64,000 nt of DNA from Hemiscyllium ocellatum. Its lineage: Eukaryota. The position numbers and the translations under genes were made by a program. The notes beneath the pieces were generated by a model, which worked only from the letters and a program-made list of their open reading frames with translations, searched no databases and was not told the origin of the DNA. Position 1 is the first letter of the stretch. Every line of letters starts with the position of its first letter. The stretch is taken from the NCBI RefSeq assembly GCF_020745735.1, contig NC_083411.1, positions 34,927,263 to 34,991,262 of the forward strand. The letters run 5' to 3'. Of this stretch, positions 34,601 through 46,927 are shown in pieces.

Positions 34601-37365
34601 CAGAGACAAACTTTTATCCCTTCAATAAGTTTATGAAATTGACTGTTTGACGAGAAAATTCCAAGAATCTTTTTCTGCTTGCTTCCAAAAAAACTAAATT
34701 TAGCAAAATAGGAGCTGATCTAAGGAACTTTGTTGCCCCCGAGTTCTAATGATACGATGGACTTCATATAAAAGTCCAAACTTGAAATGGAGTTTAAACA
34801 GATAGAGTGTCAAATCAAAAGCATTTCAAGTTACCAGTTATATCTGCAGTGTGATAGAATCTGAGATTTCAAAGCTGTTCTCTTTGAGTCAGATCATTAC
34901 CAAAAGAATGACTGAACATTCAGATTTCCCAGGAATCTGAAATTAAAACTGAAAATAAAATATCAGCATTAGGCTTCAGGGAACCGAAGCTGACTGAAAA
35001 TCAGAAAAAAAGCACAGATCCATTTGAACTTAAATCACCCATTCGTGCAACTCAGGCAATAGAATGGACAGAAAAGTTGAACCTGGGAGTGGAGATAAGG
35101 AAAATAAGATTACAGTCACTGTTTTACTTATTATAAAAAAGGAATTGATTGATGAGAGCTACCCATATAGTCCACAGAAATATTTCAGGTGGATCTCAGA
35201 AAGATAGTTCTAGTCTGATAATTACTATATGAGCAGAACTAAGGAGAGTCTGCAGACCTGAGCCATTCTCATGATGACCATACATATGGAATTCAGATTG
35301 GTTAGTCCTGTTAAGTATCAGAGACAAAATCCTTGAAGAATAGGAGCTGAAATTCTATCTGAAAAGTTTTAGTACTTTGAATAACTTTGTTGCTAAAATT
35401 AGTGCCATATATGCTCAGTGAATTACAAAGAAATTCATTTTGTTGTATTTGCCATTTAACGTGTAGTTTATATTTACTGTAATTTGCTTGTTAAATCATA
35501 TTTAAGTTATATTGATTTAATTTGATAGCTAAAGCAATTGTTTGAAAACATTCAACATGGCCCATGGGTTTTCTTATTGAGGTCATACAGTAAAGTCAGT
35601 TCTTTTGTTTTGTTGTTTTGCATTGAAATTATAGCAAAGCAAACATTTATTATCCAACAATATTGGACTGAACCTGGCTTTTTTGGGCCACATCCAAGTT
35701 GTGTCAAGGTTTTGGAGGGACTTTTGCTACAAAATTATTCACCATGTCTTACCAAATTAACAACCTTCCCTCACCTGAGCACTCCTACTTTCTGATTCCT
35801 CCTCATCTGACCATGCACTGTTCTTGGATGAATTTGACATTCAGCAAATATCCATCAAAAGACTGGCAACCCCTGCACTGTGTCATCATTAAAGGGCTGT
35901 TGTGTTGTGTTTCTGAACAAATATTGCCAGTACTGGGCAATGCCAGATTAGCTTTGTATCATGGCACAGCAGCAAAATTGTCATGCTGCCTTTAACACAT
36001 AACCAGTATAGCTGACATTCCTCGCAGATACAACCCCAGTCTCACACCCTGGTCACTGTTTAATAACCAAGCCACATAGTTTACCAGTTTATTATTACAT
36101 CGTATCCAAACACCTTGTTTAGTCATCACTAATTTATCCCCAATGCCCCTTGCCCACTGGAACCCCGTATCATGCCATTATCCAGACCACAGTACATCAG
36201 GATGTTGTGGCACACTTTGTTCAGACAATATGGGGAGCCTGCCCACTTTTACACTTTATCTCCAACTGTCCTCCCTACCCAAGAGAGCAAACATGACTCC
36301 TTAATGATGGTCCCTGTTCTTCTATGCTCCCTCTATGGAGGCCAAAGAGATGGTCCCTACCAATAACTTCTCCCCTTTCTGTAACCTTATATGTCCCCCA
36401 ATAGTATTCTTTATATCCCCATAGACATTCCCCCTTCAATATGCTTGTTCTCAACTCCACAAATGTCTTCGCTTTCCCTCTCCAAGCATTGACATCCCTA
36501 ACCCATTTGGTAGTGATCTCCCTCCCATCGCTCCCCCTTGCACTCTGCTTAATGATTTACAGAGTGATCCCCAGGATTATATCCATCCCAATCTTTAACC
36601 AACTTTACAAGAGATGCCTCAACGTGACTGATCAGACACATAACCTCAATCTTTGTAGATGTTCAACTGATGGCATGTAAGTCCCCTGACTGTTGCTGCT
36701 GCCCTGACAGGGTGGCCTATTGCCCACTCCTTGGACTGCACTCAGATAAATTTCTACTGGGTCACATATTTTTGATTACTGATGGTAGCCAAGCCTCTGG
36801 GCCATGTGCAGACTGTGAGCCCCCCTGAATGATAGCAACTTGACTTTGGCTGACTGACGAGCAACCTCCAGCCAAATTCTGATATGGCTATTTGGTTGAA
36901 TACATATGCAATGTGCAGGTAATCAGAAAATCCTGCAGATGTGAAATTGATTTCTTAGTGCACTACACAGCGAGGCAGAGATTTCTAATAGTGAGTATGA
37001 CAAGCAGCCTGTCTGTGTATCAGTGGAAAAAAAAACATAGCAATAACGCAGTACTGAGAGCCTTTGGTTGTGGCTGAAATGTCAATATGCTAACAGGCAA
37101 GGTGAGGCATGAATACAGATAGAGGCAACTATACAGATAGACCCAAATTGCTGAGATATCAAACGGGTCTCCCTAAGAAGTAGTCTGGTTCAATTAGTCA
37201 GTTCGCTGCCTGTCACTGCACATAACATATCCCTGCTGCAGCCCTACAATGCTAGATGCCAATGAGCCCTGCAGTACAGTTGTATATTTCCTGAGTGGCA
37301 TGCACAGGTATCAGAGAAATGGCATGGTGGTTATGACAAATGTTGGATGGCGATGTCCTTGGTCA

Positions 37366-38368
37366 AGTTCCACCTACTTTGTACAGCCTTTAGTTTATAA
37401 CAGAAAGCCTTTCTATCCTTTTTGTCAGTGCAGATTGCAGTATTTGAGCCTTTGTCATCTTCCATTTTTTCTTCAATGGCAAACCATAGTTTGAACTTGC
37501 TGCTTTAATTCCTGGTATGCAGCTCTCTGTCAGAAATATGTCATGAATCGTGCAGACGTGAGCAGTACATATAGTGGTCACAATCAGTGCCCTAGATTGT
37601 GCCCTGAGGCGTGACATGGTAATGAGCTACATGGAGGCTGCTCACAGTCAGAAGTGAGCTGAAGTCACCAGGTAGCCATGTTGAGATTTATTGACATCTA
37701 GTTTATTCAGCACATTTGACAAGATAGGAAGCTGAATATTAATGAGTTGAGATGCAGCATTAATAAAGTATTTGACAAGCTGGAAAACCTCCTTAACTGT
37801 GAACACACTTCTCAAGAAACTCCCCTCACCTGAGGTACAAAACATGAAGCAAGATTTTCCGGATGACAGGATAGGACTCATCAGACTTCCTATCCAATCT
37901 TCCCACAAATCTCACCATAGTTCACATTGTTCTGAGCCCTATAAATATTCCACCCACTGTATCTTGGAATAACATATTTAAAGTATGAATCACCAAAAGG
38001 AGGAAATTCAGCAAATAGGTTTGGCAATCTCTGTCTTATCAGCAAATGCTACAAAGGCACAATTGGGGTTGAGTTGAAATGACTGGCCCAATATTTCAAG
38101 ACTTTTGTTGGATCAGTTAGTAACTCTGTGCCAACTTCAACAGTATAAGGACAGTTCCACCTACTTTGTACAGCCTTGAGTTCACCACAGAAAGCCTTTC
38201 TATCCTTTTTGTCAGTGCAGATTGCAGTATTTGAGCCATTGTCATCTTCCATTTTTTTCTTCGATGGCAAACCATAGTTTGAACTTGTTGCTTTAATTCC
38301 TGGTATGCAGCTCTTTATCAAAAATATGTCATGAATCGTGCAGAGGTGAGCAGTACACATAGTGGTCA
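37366..38368 (+). repeat. ~215-bp direct duplication (37366-37580 and 38153-38368)
   Basis: Near-identical blocks agttccacctactttgtacagcc...atagtggtca. Confidence 0.9.
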
Positions 38369-38640
38369 GAAGCAAGCTCATTGTCATTGTCATCAAATCA
38401 ATCTTGACTTTTCTTTTAGTTAAGACAATTATGTTTGCAAATATGGTATATACAGCTTTTTTGAGGCTTTGATACATGTTTTTAACAACACTTATTTGTG
38501 CATCGATGTTGCATTCACCTGACCAGACCAGTTTAAATAGTCTCACCTGAAAGATTATAACTCCTGCTATACTGAGACACTCTTTCGGCATTGTAACAGT
38601 TTTCCAGATAGGGTGACATATTCATGTCTTGGGCAAGACC
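37770..38640 (-). mobile_element. Decayed RTE-clade LINE fragment
   Basis: ORF 38049-38591 KAFCGELKAV...GTELLTDPTKVLKYWASHF, matching RTE KAFYDALKAVYG..LLTD..IL.RWAEHF. Confidence 0.7.
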
Positions 38641-39505
38641 TTCAAGCTATGAATGTCTTTTTCAGAAGTGCTAGTTCACCAACTAAATCAAACTGTCACT
38701 AAACAGTGAAAATCAATGTGGACATGATCTAAAATTACATATTTCATATTCAATATATTAGTGATCTGAGATTAATTGAGGATTTCAAACCAAATAAATT
38801 ATATTAAAAGTGGAGGATGTTTTATTTACAAAACATGATGACCAGTGATTGTTTCCACCCACAGATTTTTCTATAACATCTTGTCCTACACTCTACTGTG
38901 ATTAAAAACCTACACAAGGATGGCACTGTCTGAATGGTATCTGGAATCTGAGCAGCGTACGTAACAGTGTGCCTGCTTAATGAATCAGATTGAAGAATTG
39001 GTATTGAGGCATCAGGAAGTGGAAATTTGAATATTTAAATCACATGCCAAATAATTTATAGCAAGTGAAATAAAGGAATGCAAAAATGAGGTAAATCATA
39101 ACTATTTCCTTTCATGAAAAAAACATTTCCAGCAATAATTAAGATGTGCAAGAATGAGATGCCAGATTTTCAATCCTGGAGAAGTTGATTGGCATTATTT
39201 AAGCTCATTGTGCCATTAAAGAGTTGCAATTGCTAAAGTAAAACCTTTTCTGATTTTGTAGCTAAGGTGTAACTTTAGCATCCTATGCTGTTTCATACAT
39301 TTGTGTCAGATTTAAGATGGAATTACAGGGAAAGGGTATTTGGGTCATCAACTTTCTGAGATTCAATTTAAGCCGCTATTCTATTTTAATATACAGGAAG
39401 TGCCAATAGTCTCACCATTACTTTTATTACAAGGTCTGAACTTCTATATTTTTGTTTTTTCCCCCCGGGTCGGTTGAATTTAATAGTGTCACAAAACATG
39501 ATCAT

Positions 39506-39521
39506 CCACTGGAGGGCAGCA
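39506..39521 (+). promoter_or_regulatory. Candidate CTCF site
   Basis: CCACTGGAGGGCAGCA, one mismatch to the CCASYAGRKGGCRS core, in non-repetitive sequence. Confidence 0.35.
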
Positions 39522-39684
39522 CAACTTGACTCAATTAGGGACCTCTACAAATGATTTGGTGTATTGGTAAATTGAGAGTGAAACTGATGGAGACAAAAAC
39601 TACCATCCAGTTCATATTGCCCCCGAGTTATCTTTAAATTTGAATCCACTTAAATTATTAAGGGTTCCAGTTTCAGCTTTTAGT

Positions 39685-40030
39685 GTTCATTTATTGGATA
39701 TGGGCATTGTTGGCTAGGTCAGTATTTATTGTCAGTCCCTCATTGCCTCAAAGGCATCGGAGAGTCAATCACCTTGTTGGGAGTCTGGAGTCACATGTAG
39801 GCCAGACCAGGTGTGGATGGCAGATTTCCTTCTCCTAAAGGACATGAATGTACCAGATGGGATTTTGTGACAATTGTTTCATGACTATTACTAAGTTGGC
39901 TTTAATTTCCAGATTTTTTTTGTTGAACGCAAATTTCACCATCTGAGATCTGAACCTATATCCCCAGAATGTTTGACCTGAGTTTCTGAGTTACTAGCCC
40001 AGTGACATGACCACTACACCATTGCCTCCT
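39685..40030 (-). mobile_element. SacSINE1/DeuSINE-like SINE
   Basis: Antisense Deu-like core ctggagtcacatgtaggccagaccagg...cagatttccttc; tRNA-like head at ~39945-40030. Confidence 0.8.
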
Positions 40031-42486
40031 GATTTATGCAGTTGCAAACAAATATTTAGTTCCTCACCTCTTACATTCTCATTGATGAAATTAAACATAC
40101 TCATGATGTGGATAAATACTTTGGATCATACACTAATTTTTAAGTAGAGGGTAGAGGAATCAAAGTCAAGTAGCAAATTTCAAATAACAAGGCTACACAG
40201 GTTGAAAGCAAGCATGTGACAGGTCTTTAAAAAATTAGGTAGTGGAAGATGCCATCTATCATTCTTAGGCTGTCAAGAAAATGGAAGCTATTTACAAAAT
40301 CTCAGTAATCCCTCCCACCGGGAAGAACATAAGCAGGGAAAGCAGGTGATTCCTACTAGATTGCATTATACCAACAAGAAATTTGGATGTTTGAGGCTAG
40401 AATCCTTGAAGTAAAAATCAGTCAATATAATTCTAAGAAGATCATTAATGTTGAATGTGAAGATACTGTACTCAACAACGCACAGTTGCCTATTGCAAAC
40501 ATCACTGTTAAGAAAACATGAGGTGAGATGTGCCTGTAGAAATTAGATCCAACAAAATTCTGTCAAAGCATTTGAAACAAAAAGAAATCCAATTAAGTTC
40601 ATCAATGTGATTACATGGCCTGCTTGCTTCTATTCAAGGAATTAGTGTAAATCGTTCATTTCAATACAACACTTTTCGTCCATTGAAGAGTCTTAAATGC
40701 TGTTTCCTATTAATAAAATCACTACAACCTTCCATTTTCCTTTGAGCAAGCTATGAAAGGAAAAATAATTGGCTTAGCCCTGATGCAGACATGGAAAAGA
40801 GAATTCAGAGACTAATAAATATGGCAAATGTAGTCAAAAAATTACTTAGGATGAGAACAGGACAGTATGCAGTCAATTAAAATGTTAAATCAAATATAGT
40901 AGTTCTGTGAAAATGGAAAAATATAAACATTGCAGATAATTGGAAGAAAGTGCTGTTTTCATAAAACTCAAACTCAAACAAAATTGGGGATCCAGACACA
41001 GAGGCAACCTATATTGTGCACATTCTACATAAATTCCCTTCGATGTAGATGACTATTTTAGACTACACTCAGTTCCATTGATATCACTCCTTTACATTTT
41101 GTCTTTCCACAGAAGTTACGCCTGTACAAAAAGCAGAATAATTGTGATCACAAAGGTAGTATCTACAGATGGCAAGTTATGTAGCCCACAAAATACCTGG
41201 ATAATCTGGTATCCAAGTACAAATCAATTTTAAAAGTTACTTCCGAAAGCAAGGAAACATGCATTAATTAACGGCTTGTGGGTTTGAATTTAAAAAGGTA
41301 ATTATTGATCTCTAGAACTGCAAATGTTGCTTCAATGTTTGAATCAGTTTGGGTTTTCAAAGACCTTCCACTACAGCCCATTTTTGCACCAAGCACTGCC
41401 TTTGTAACCAAGCATTTCAAACACATTTCACATCCGCAAATATATTCAAAGTCATAGAGAGCTGCATCAGCTATTTTAAAGGCTCAAGGATGCTAACAGA
41501 GGAAAATAAACCACAAAAGGAGAAATGGGCAATATTAGCCTTTGGCAATTGTAATATATAATGCTAAATTCAAAGGTCAGATTACACTGCTTCTGTTAAA
41601 CTAATGAGGTGATGAGGTAATGATCTTCAGATTTGAATTTTTAAAAAATACTTTACTTGTCCTTGGTAGTTCTTTTTTGTTTAGTTATTGTAGGTAATTA
41701 GATGTAGCAAAAAAAACCCTACAACTTTATCAATTGCCCAAGGAAAACCAAGACCATGTATCAATCAGCCTCAGAAAAGCAAAACCCCAACCCAATTGTC
41801 ACCATAAGTAAGAATGAACTAAATTTTTTCAACTGCTTAAATTACTTGAATTACATATTTAAAAAATGCTTAATTAAAGAATGGATTGCCTCTCATTTTA
41901 GAAATGTGTATTTTGTATTTGAAAAAAACATAAATAAAAGCATTTTTGCTTTATACAATTTATTTTTTACTTGATTATGTTAGGTCACTATGATTCTATG
42001 TCATTGGGGTATTCCAAAGTGTACAAACCTAATTAATACTTTGGAATTATAGTCACACCATTGTTGTACAGGGAAATATGAACTCAAACTGTCGGCAGCT
42101 GGACACCACAAAACAATAATGAGATAAAACAAAGAACTATGCATGCTGAAAATTGAGATAATCTAGTTATTTACTGTCATGCCCATCCACTGAATAATGT
42201 GCAAAGTGTTGGAAGGAGTTGCCAACAATGCCACTAAGCAGCACTTACTGTTTTACTCTCCAATATTTAATTCAGAAGTTTTAGCATGTACATTCAGTTC
42301 CACAACTCATCATAACCGTGGTCAAAACATAGATAAAATAATTGAATTTCAAAAATGAAGAGAACATAACTGGATTTGACATCAAGCCATTATTTGAAGA
42401 GAGTGGCATCGAAGAACATGAGCAAAACTGAAACCAATGGGAATAAAGGGAATAAAAATTGGAAGAACAGCAGATACTGTAAATCA

Positions 42487-42674
42487 GAAACAAAAGCACA
42501 AATTGCTGGAAATGCTCAGCAGGAGGTGTAATATCTGTGGAGAGAAATCAGAGTTAAACATTTTGGGTCGAATGTACTGAGGAAGGGTCACTGGACCTGA
42601 TACGTTAACTCTGATTTCTATCCAAAGATGCTGCCAGACCTGTTGAGCTTTTCCAGCAATTTCTGCTTTTGTTT
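42487..42674. mobile_element. ~190-bp palindromic PLE-type element with hammerhead motif (family B) at 42573-42610
   Basis: Arms aaacaaaagcacaaattgctgg...gagttaa / ttaactc...ccagcaatttctgcttttgttt. Core CTGAGGA-A-GGGTCACTGGACCT-GATAC-GTT-AACT. Confidence 0.75.
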
Positions 42675-43080
42675 GTGCTTGTATGTAGAATAAAGAGAAA
42701 CTCATTGTAGGTGTCATATGCTGCATAAAAGAAAACACTTGTAGTCATTTGGTTGGGCTGAACTAGAATGCCACTGAATTGTCAAGATGTTTTGTCTTGT
42801 ACTGGGCTAGACATATGCAGCAATGTCAAAACAAAGGGGAAGCATTTGATAATGTTTGAGTGGTGTGTTGCTTGGTTGACATTTCCGTGGAAAATGCAAT
42901 GGTTAGCTGCTGACTGGCAGTGAACAACTAGCAGTTAACAAGTTATTTAAATTTAAACTGGCAGGATTTTTGTGAATTCGTTCATAGGATGTGGGTGTCA
43001 CTGGCTATTTGACCCTAGTTGCCCTTGAGATTGGCTCTGATTGGTCAAGGTATTTTCCTCAGGAACAGACCAGAAGTTGG

Positions 43081-43084
<4 letters not shown>

Positions 43085-43135
<51 letters not shown>
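43085..43135. repeat. (GT)n microsatellite
   Basis: Direct reading. Confidence 0.97.
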
Positions 43136-43137
<2 letters not shown>

Positions 43138-43702
43138 ATGTAGAACATGTGTATTTCTGTTTGCTAAGAGCAAGACTTTTGTATGCAGCTTCCAGCACAT
43201 CTAGTACTACCGCATTGTAAACCCAACAAACAACATTAACTTAATTGTCGGCCTAATTCTTAGCACATTCTCAATTAGTCAGTAAATGTTTTCTGATTGC
43301 AGAAACACATCTAACAGAGGATATTGTGTTTTGAGTTTTTTTATCTTGGCTTTGTAGCGTGCACATTCCCCGTTTCTTCCAATAACAACGCCGAAAAAGA
43401 AGAAAAGAATAAGATGCAAAGAGGAACAAAAAAATAGTTAATATAGAAAGATGCCTCAAGTCAATTTACTATCTAAAGGATTGTGACTATACTGTTTCCT
43501 GACCTGAAAGTTTGAATAAACATGCTAAATACTGGAGAAACTCTACAGGTATGGCAGTATCTACTGAGAGTGAAACAGATTTTTGTGTCATGTTCAGAAC
43601 TTCACTTTCAATTCCTGCTCGAAAAGTCTAGGATGTTTTCCTGTCTTATATTTAGCTTGATAATGAATGGCACAGCTATTTATATTGATTTACTTTCCAA
43701 TA

Positions 43703-44601
43703 CAGAGGAAACTCGATTATCCGAACAAGATGGGTGGGCAGAAATTTGTCCATATAATTGATTCAACGCCTCTCCTCTGGGGCTCAGAGATTTTTGAAGT
43801 TTCCTTTTTTCCTCGCTCTGCCTGCCTTGCTCCCTCTCTCTGTCTCAGGGTTTGTTTCTGAGCAGACGCACGCTTATGTGCAAGGGATCTGCAGTATTGC
43901 TAAAGCAGCCCCCGCCATCAGTTTAATGGGATGGACACAGCAAGCACTTGCTCAGTCTGCTCCCTGTTCAGGAGACTCGCCAGCAGCACACTGCACATGA
44001 GGCCCCGCCACACCCTTGTCTGCCCCTCATCCGGCCCACTCCGCCCCTCTTCTACCCCCACCCCGCTTGCGCCCACTCCACAACCACACCCAGTCCATCT
44101 CCACCCCTGCCCCTGACCTCCCCTCTCCGCCTCCAACCCTGCCCCCCTGGGGCTGCCAGACTGGACACCAACAGCATGACTGCTGCTGCCTTTGGGGGTT
44201 GAGTCTCAAAATAGCGCACGCACACACACAGCCACACACACAACATTTTACTGCAACTTGTTGACAAGTTCCACCTTTGCCCTGTACAGGACAATGTTGG
44301 AGAAATTACCTGGGGAAGTGGGATTTAGGGTGCACCCCTGTGTAGAACTCCGGGGAAAGTGTGTAGGGTGAGAGAGGGCGGGAGGTCAGTCATTTGCAGA
44401 CAATGCTTGGGCTCCCATCGATGCCCAGGACTGTTCTGGGCAGCATTTTAGTAAGCCAGGCTCATTTTTAATCACTATAAACAAAAGACGTGATCATTAT
44501 TGAAACACCTCTTTGATGTAATTTTCTATCGGGACCTTGAAATCTTCTTTGGATAATCCGAAGTTTGGAGAATTGATATTCAGATAATCAAGGTTCCTCT
44601 G
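43703..44601. mobile_element. Non-autonomous Tigger/pogo-like DNA transposon (MITE)
   Basis: TIRs CAGAGGAAACTCGATTATCCGAA / TTCAGATAATCAAGGTTCCTCTG; TA on the left, CA (mutated TA) on the right; no transposase ORF. Confidence 0.75.
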
Positions 44602-45419
44602 CAAATGGCAACACATTTGAATACAAAATGTGCAACGTAAGCATTGAAACATAGTTATAGATGATGGTCTGGAATTTGCTTTGAAGAAAGCATTGAAGCT
44701 ACTGGTAGTCACTGTTGTTCTGGAATACATCGGACACTAAATTTCATGGTCTATACATATGGTATTAAGCAAGAACATCTCAAAATTACTTTCAAATTTT
44801 GACCTGTTCATTTACAAGTCTCAATGAGAGATACAAGACACTAAGATATCTCATAACTTTCTGCTTATGATATGTGACCACTGAACATACTGAAGGAAGT
44901 TAGGGCTGGTTTTTTCAGTGTAAGTGAAACTTTAAAAATCTTAATTGTCACACAATCTCTCTGAGATTGAAAATGTATTTTTACAAATGTGGAGTCTCAC
45001 TCCTGAGATTTAAAATATTGGCACAATTGTTTTTAACACCAAAAACTAGTATCAAAAATCTTTTTCCACTTTATCTTTTTTGCTTTTCTCTCTTTGAAGG
45101 GGTGATTTTTAATCAGGATCATGAGCAAAATATTTGTCCATTTCCCATCCTCACCCCACATTAAATCAGTAACGCAACACAATTTGAACCTAAAAGGCCT
45201 TCCTTGACACATGGGTAAGTTTGGTCCCTAATTAACTTTGTTGTTAGTGACTTCAGGGCAGGAAGGAAACTCAGTGACCCTTTTACTACTGTTATACAAG
45301 GGGTCAGTCACGCCAAAGGGTCAGTAGTGCCAATAGATCGACTGAGTAATGTGAGTTCTCACTTATATTATCAGTAGTTTCCCTCAAAACCTATGGTGGT
45401 GGGGCAAGCTGTGTCTCCC

Positions 45420-45960
45420 TGTACTGCTGTTTCCAGCGTATTCAATGAGGATTTCAAGTACAATCAAATTCTATCTGTGTCCTTTCCACTGGTGCATTCA
45501 GATTCACCTCAATGTGGCTGAAATCACGATTGGAATGGGCAGAATTGTGTGAATAGGCAGTGGAGTGTGGCAGGTTCAGCTCAGGCCAACCCATCACAGG
45601 AGACAATGGACAGGTATGGCTATGAGCCTCAGGGCAAAGATGCTGGCCCTTGGTTGTCCCAAGTAAGGAAGGTCTTTCAGGAACATCAGTGGCAGATGTG
45701 TTTCTGAATGTGTGAGACGCTTGAAACATTGCAGAGTCATAGGTAAACACTGGAAGATTCCAAGTGCACATGTCACTATTGTGAAAGCAAGAGGGGTTTG
45801 AAAGCAAGAGTTCCTCCAATGAGAGCATGACCATCTTCTAGGAAAGCTAAATGCAACATCATTCTGTGCTGAAGAAGGAGTTGTATGATAACATGTACAG
45901 GGAGCGTGCAAACCTTTGCAAATTCCATGAGCACAACATGAGCAGCACAATCATCATGTC
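45420..45960 (-). mobile_element. Decayed RTE-like LINE 3' fragment
   Basis: Degenerate RW.G...RLP-like segment on the minus strand. Confidence 0.4.
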
Positions 45961-46176
45961 AGACAATAAGTTCAAAACTAGAAATTACTAGAGAACCCAG
46001 CAGATCTGACAATATCTGTGGAGAGAGATAGCCAACATCAGTTCTGAAGAAGGGTAAGAAAAGGTGATATATAATCAGATGACCGAAGGTTTTAAAAATG
46101 GTCGGGAGGGGTAAGCGATTGATGGAATTGGAACACAGAGACAGAGAACAGCAGTTAGGCAGACAAAATGACGGAT

Positions 46177-46620
46177 GATCCTGGGGGTGAAGGGCTTGTC
46201 ATATGATGAATGGACTCTGGGTCTGTATTCAATGGAGTTGAGAAAGATGATGGGGAGTATGATTGAAACTTACAGAATAGTGAGAGGCCTGATAGAATGG
46301 ACACAGAGAAAATGCTTCCTCTAGTCAGAGAGACTAGGATCCAAGCACACAGCCTCAGAGCGAAGGGATTACACTTTAGAACTGAAATGAGGAAAAATTT
46401 CTTTAAACAGAGGGTAGTGAATTATGGAATTCATTGGCACAGAGGCCATGCCCGTGAGTGTATTTAAGATTGAAATGATTTCTTGATTAGTAAGGGGATT
46501 TAAGGTTATGGGAAGAAGTCAAGAGAATGGAGTCAAGAAACACTTCAGCTGTGACCAAATGGCAGAGCAAACCTGATGGGTTGAATGACCTGCTTCTGTT
46601 CCCATATCTTATGATCTTAT
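46177..46620 (+). mobile_element. CR1 LINE 3' fragment
   Basis: GLSYDE..LGLYSME.R; ttatgatcttat tail. Confidence 0.75.
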
Positions 46621-46927
46621 GGATAACAGTGAGCCAGGGAGAAAGAAAAGCTAATTATAAGGACCATCAATAGGTGAAAATGGGTTGGCTGTAATGAAAG
46701 TAACCCATGTGATGACAGGGCCTGGGGTGTGGGGGTAATTAAAGGACATGAAACATGGTGTTCAGGCACTATAAGCATTGAACTTGATATTGAGTCCTGA
46801 AGATTGCAGAGTTCTCAAGTGGAAAATGAAATGCTGTTCTTCCAGTTTGCACTGACCCTCACTGTTGTACTACAACAGGCCCGAGACAGCTGCTGGCCCG
46901 AGAACAGGGTGACATATTGAAGGGTCA

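Noticed and set aside
34912-35134. Open plus-strand frame after a cag acceptor-like site
   Set aside because: No start codon, no good donor, no motif; the surroundings resemble old LTR sequence.
35640-36270. Retroviral env remnant
   Set aside because: No furin site, immunosuppressive domain or CX6CC motif could be read.
41113-41155. 43-nt plus-strand micro-exon (ttttgtctttccacag ... ag/gtagta)
   Set aside because: Good acceptor but weak donor and no partner exons identified.
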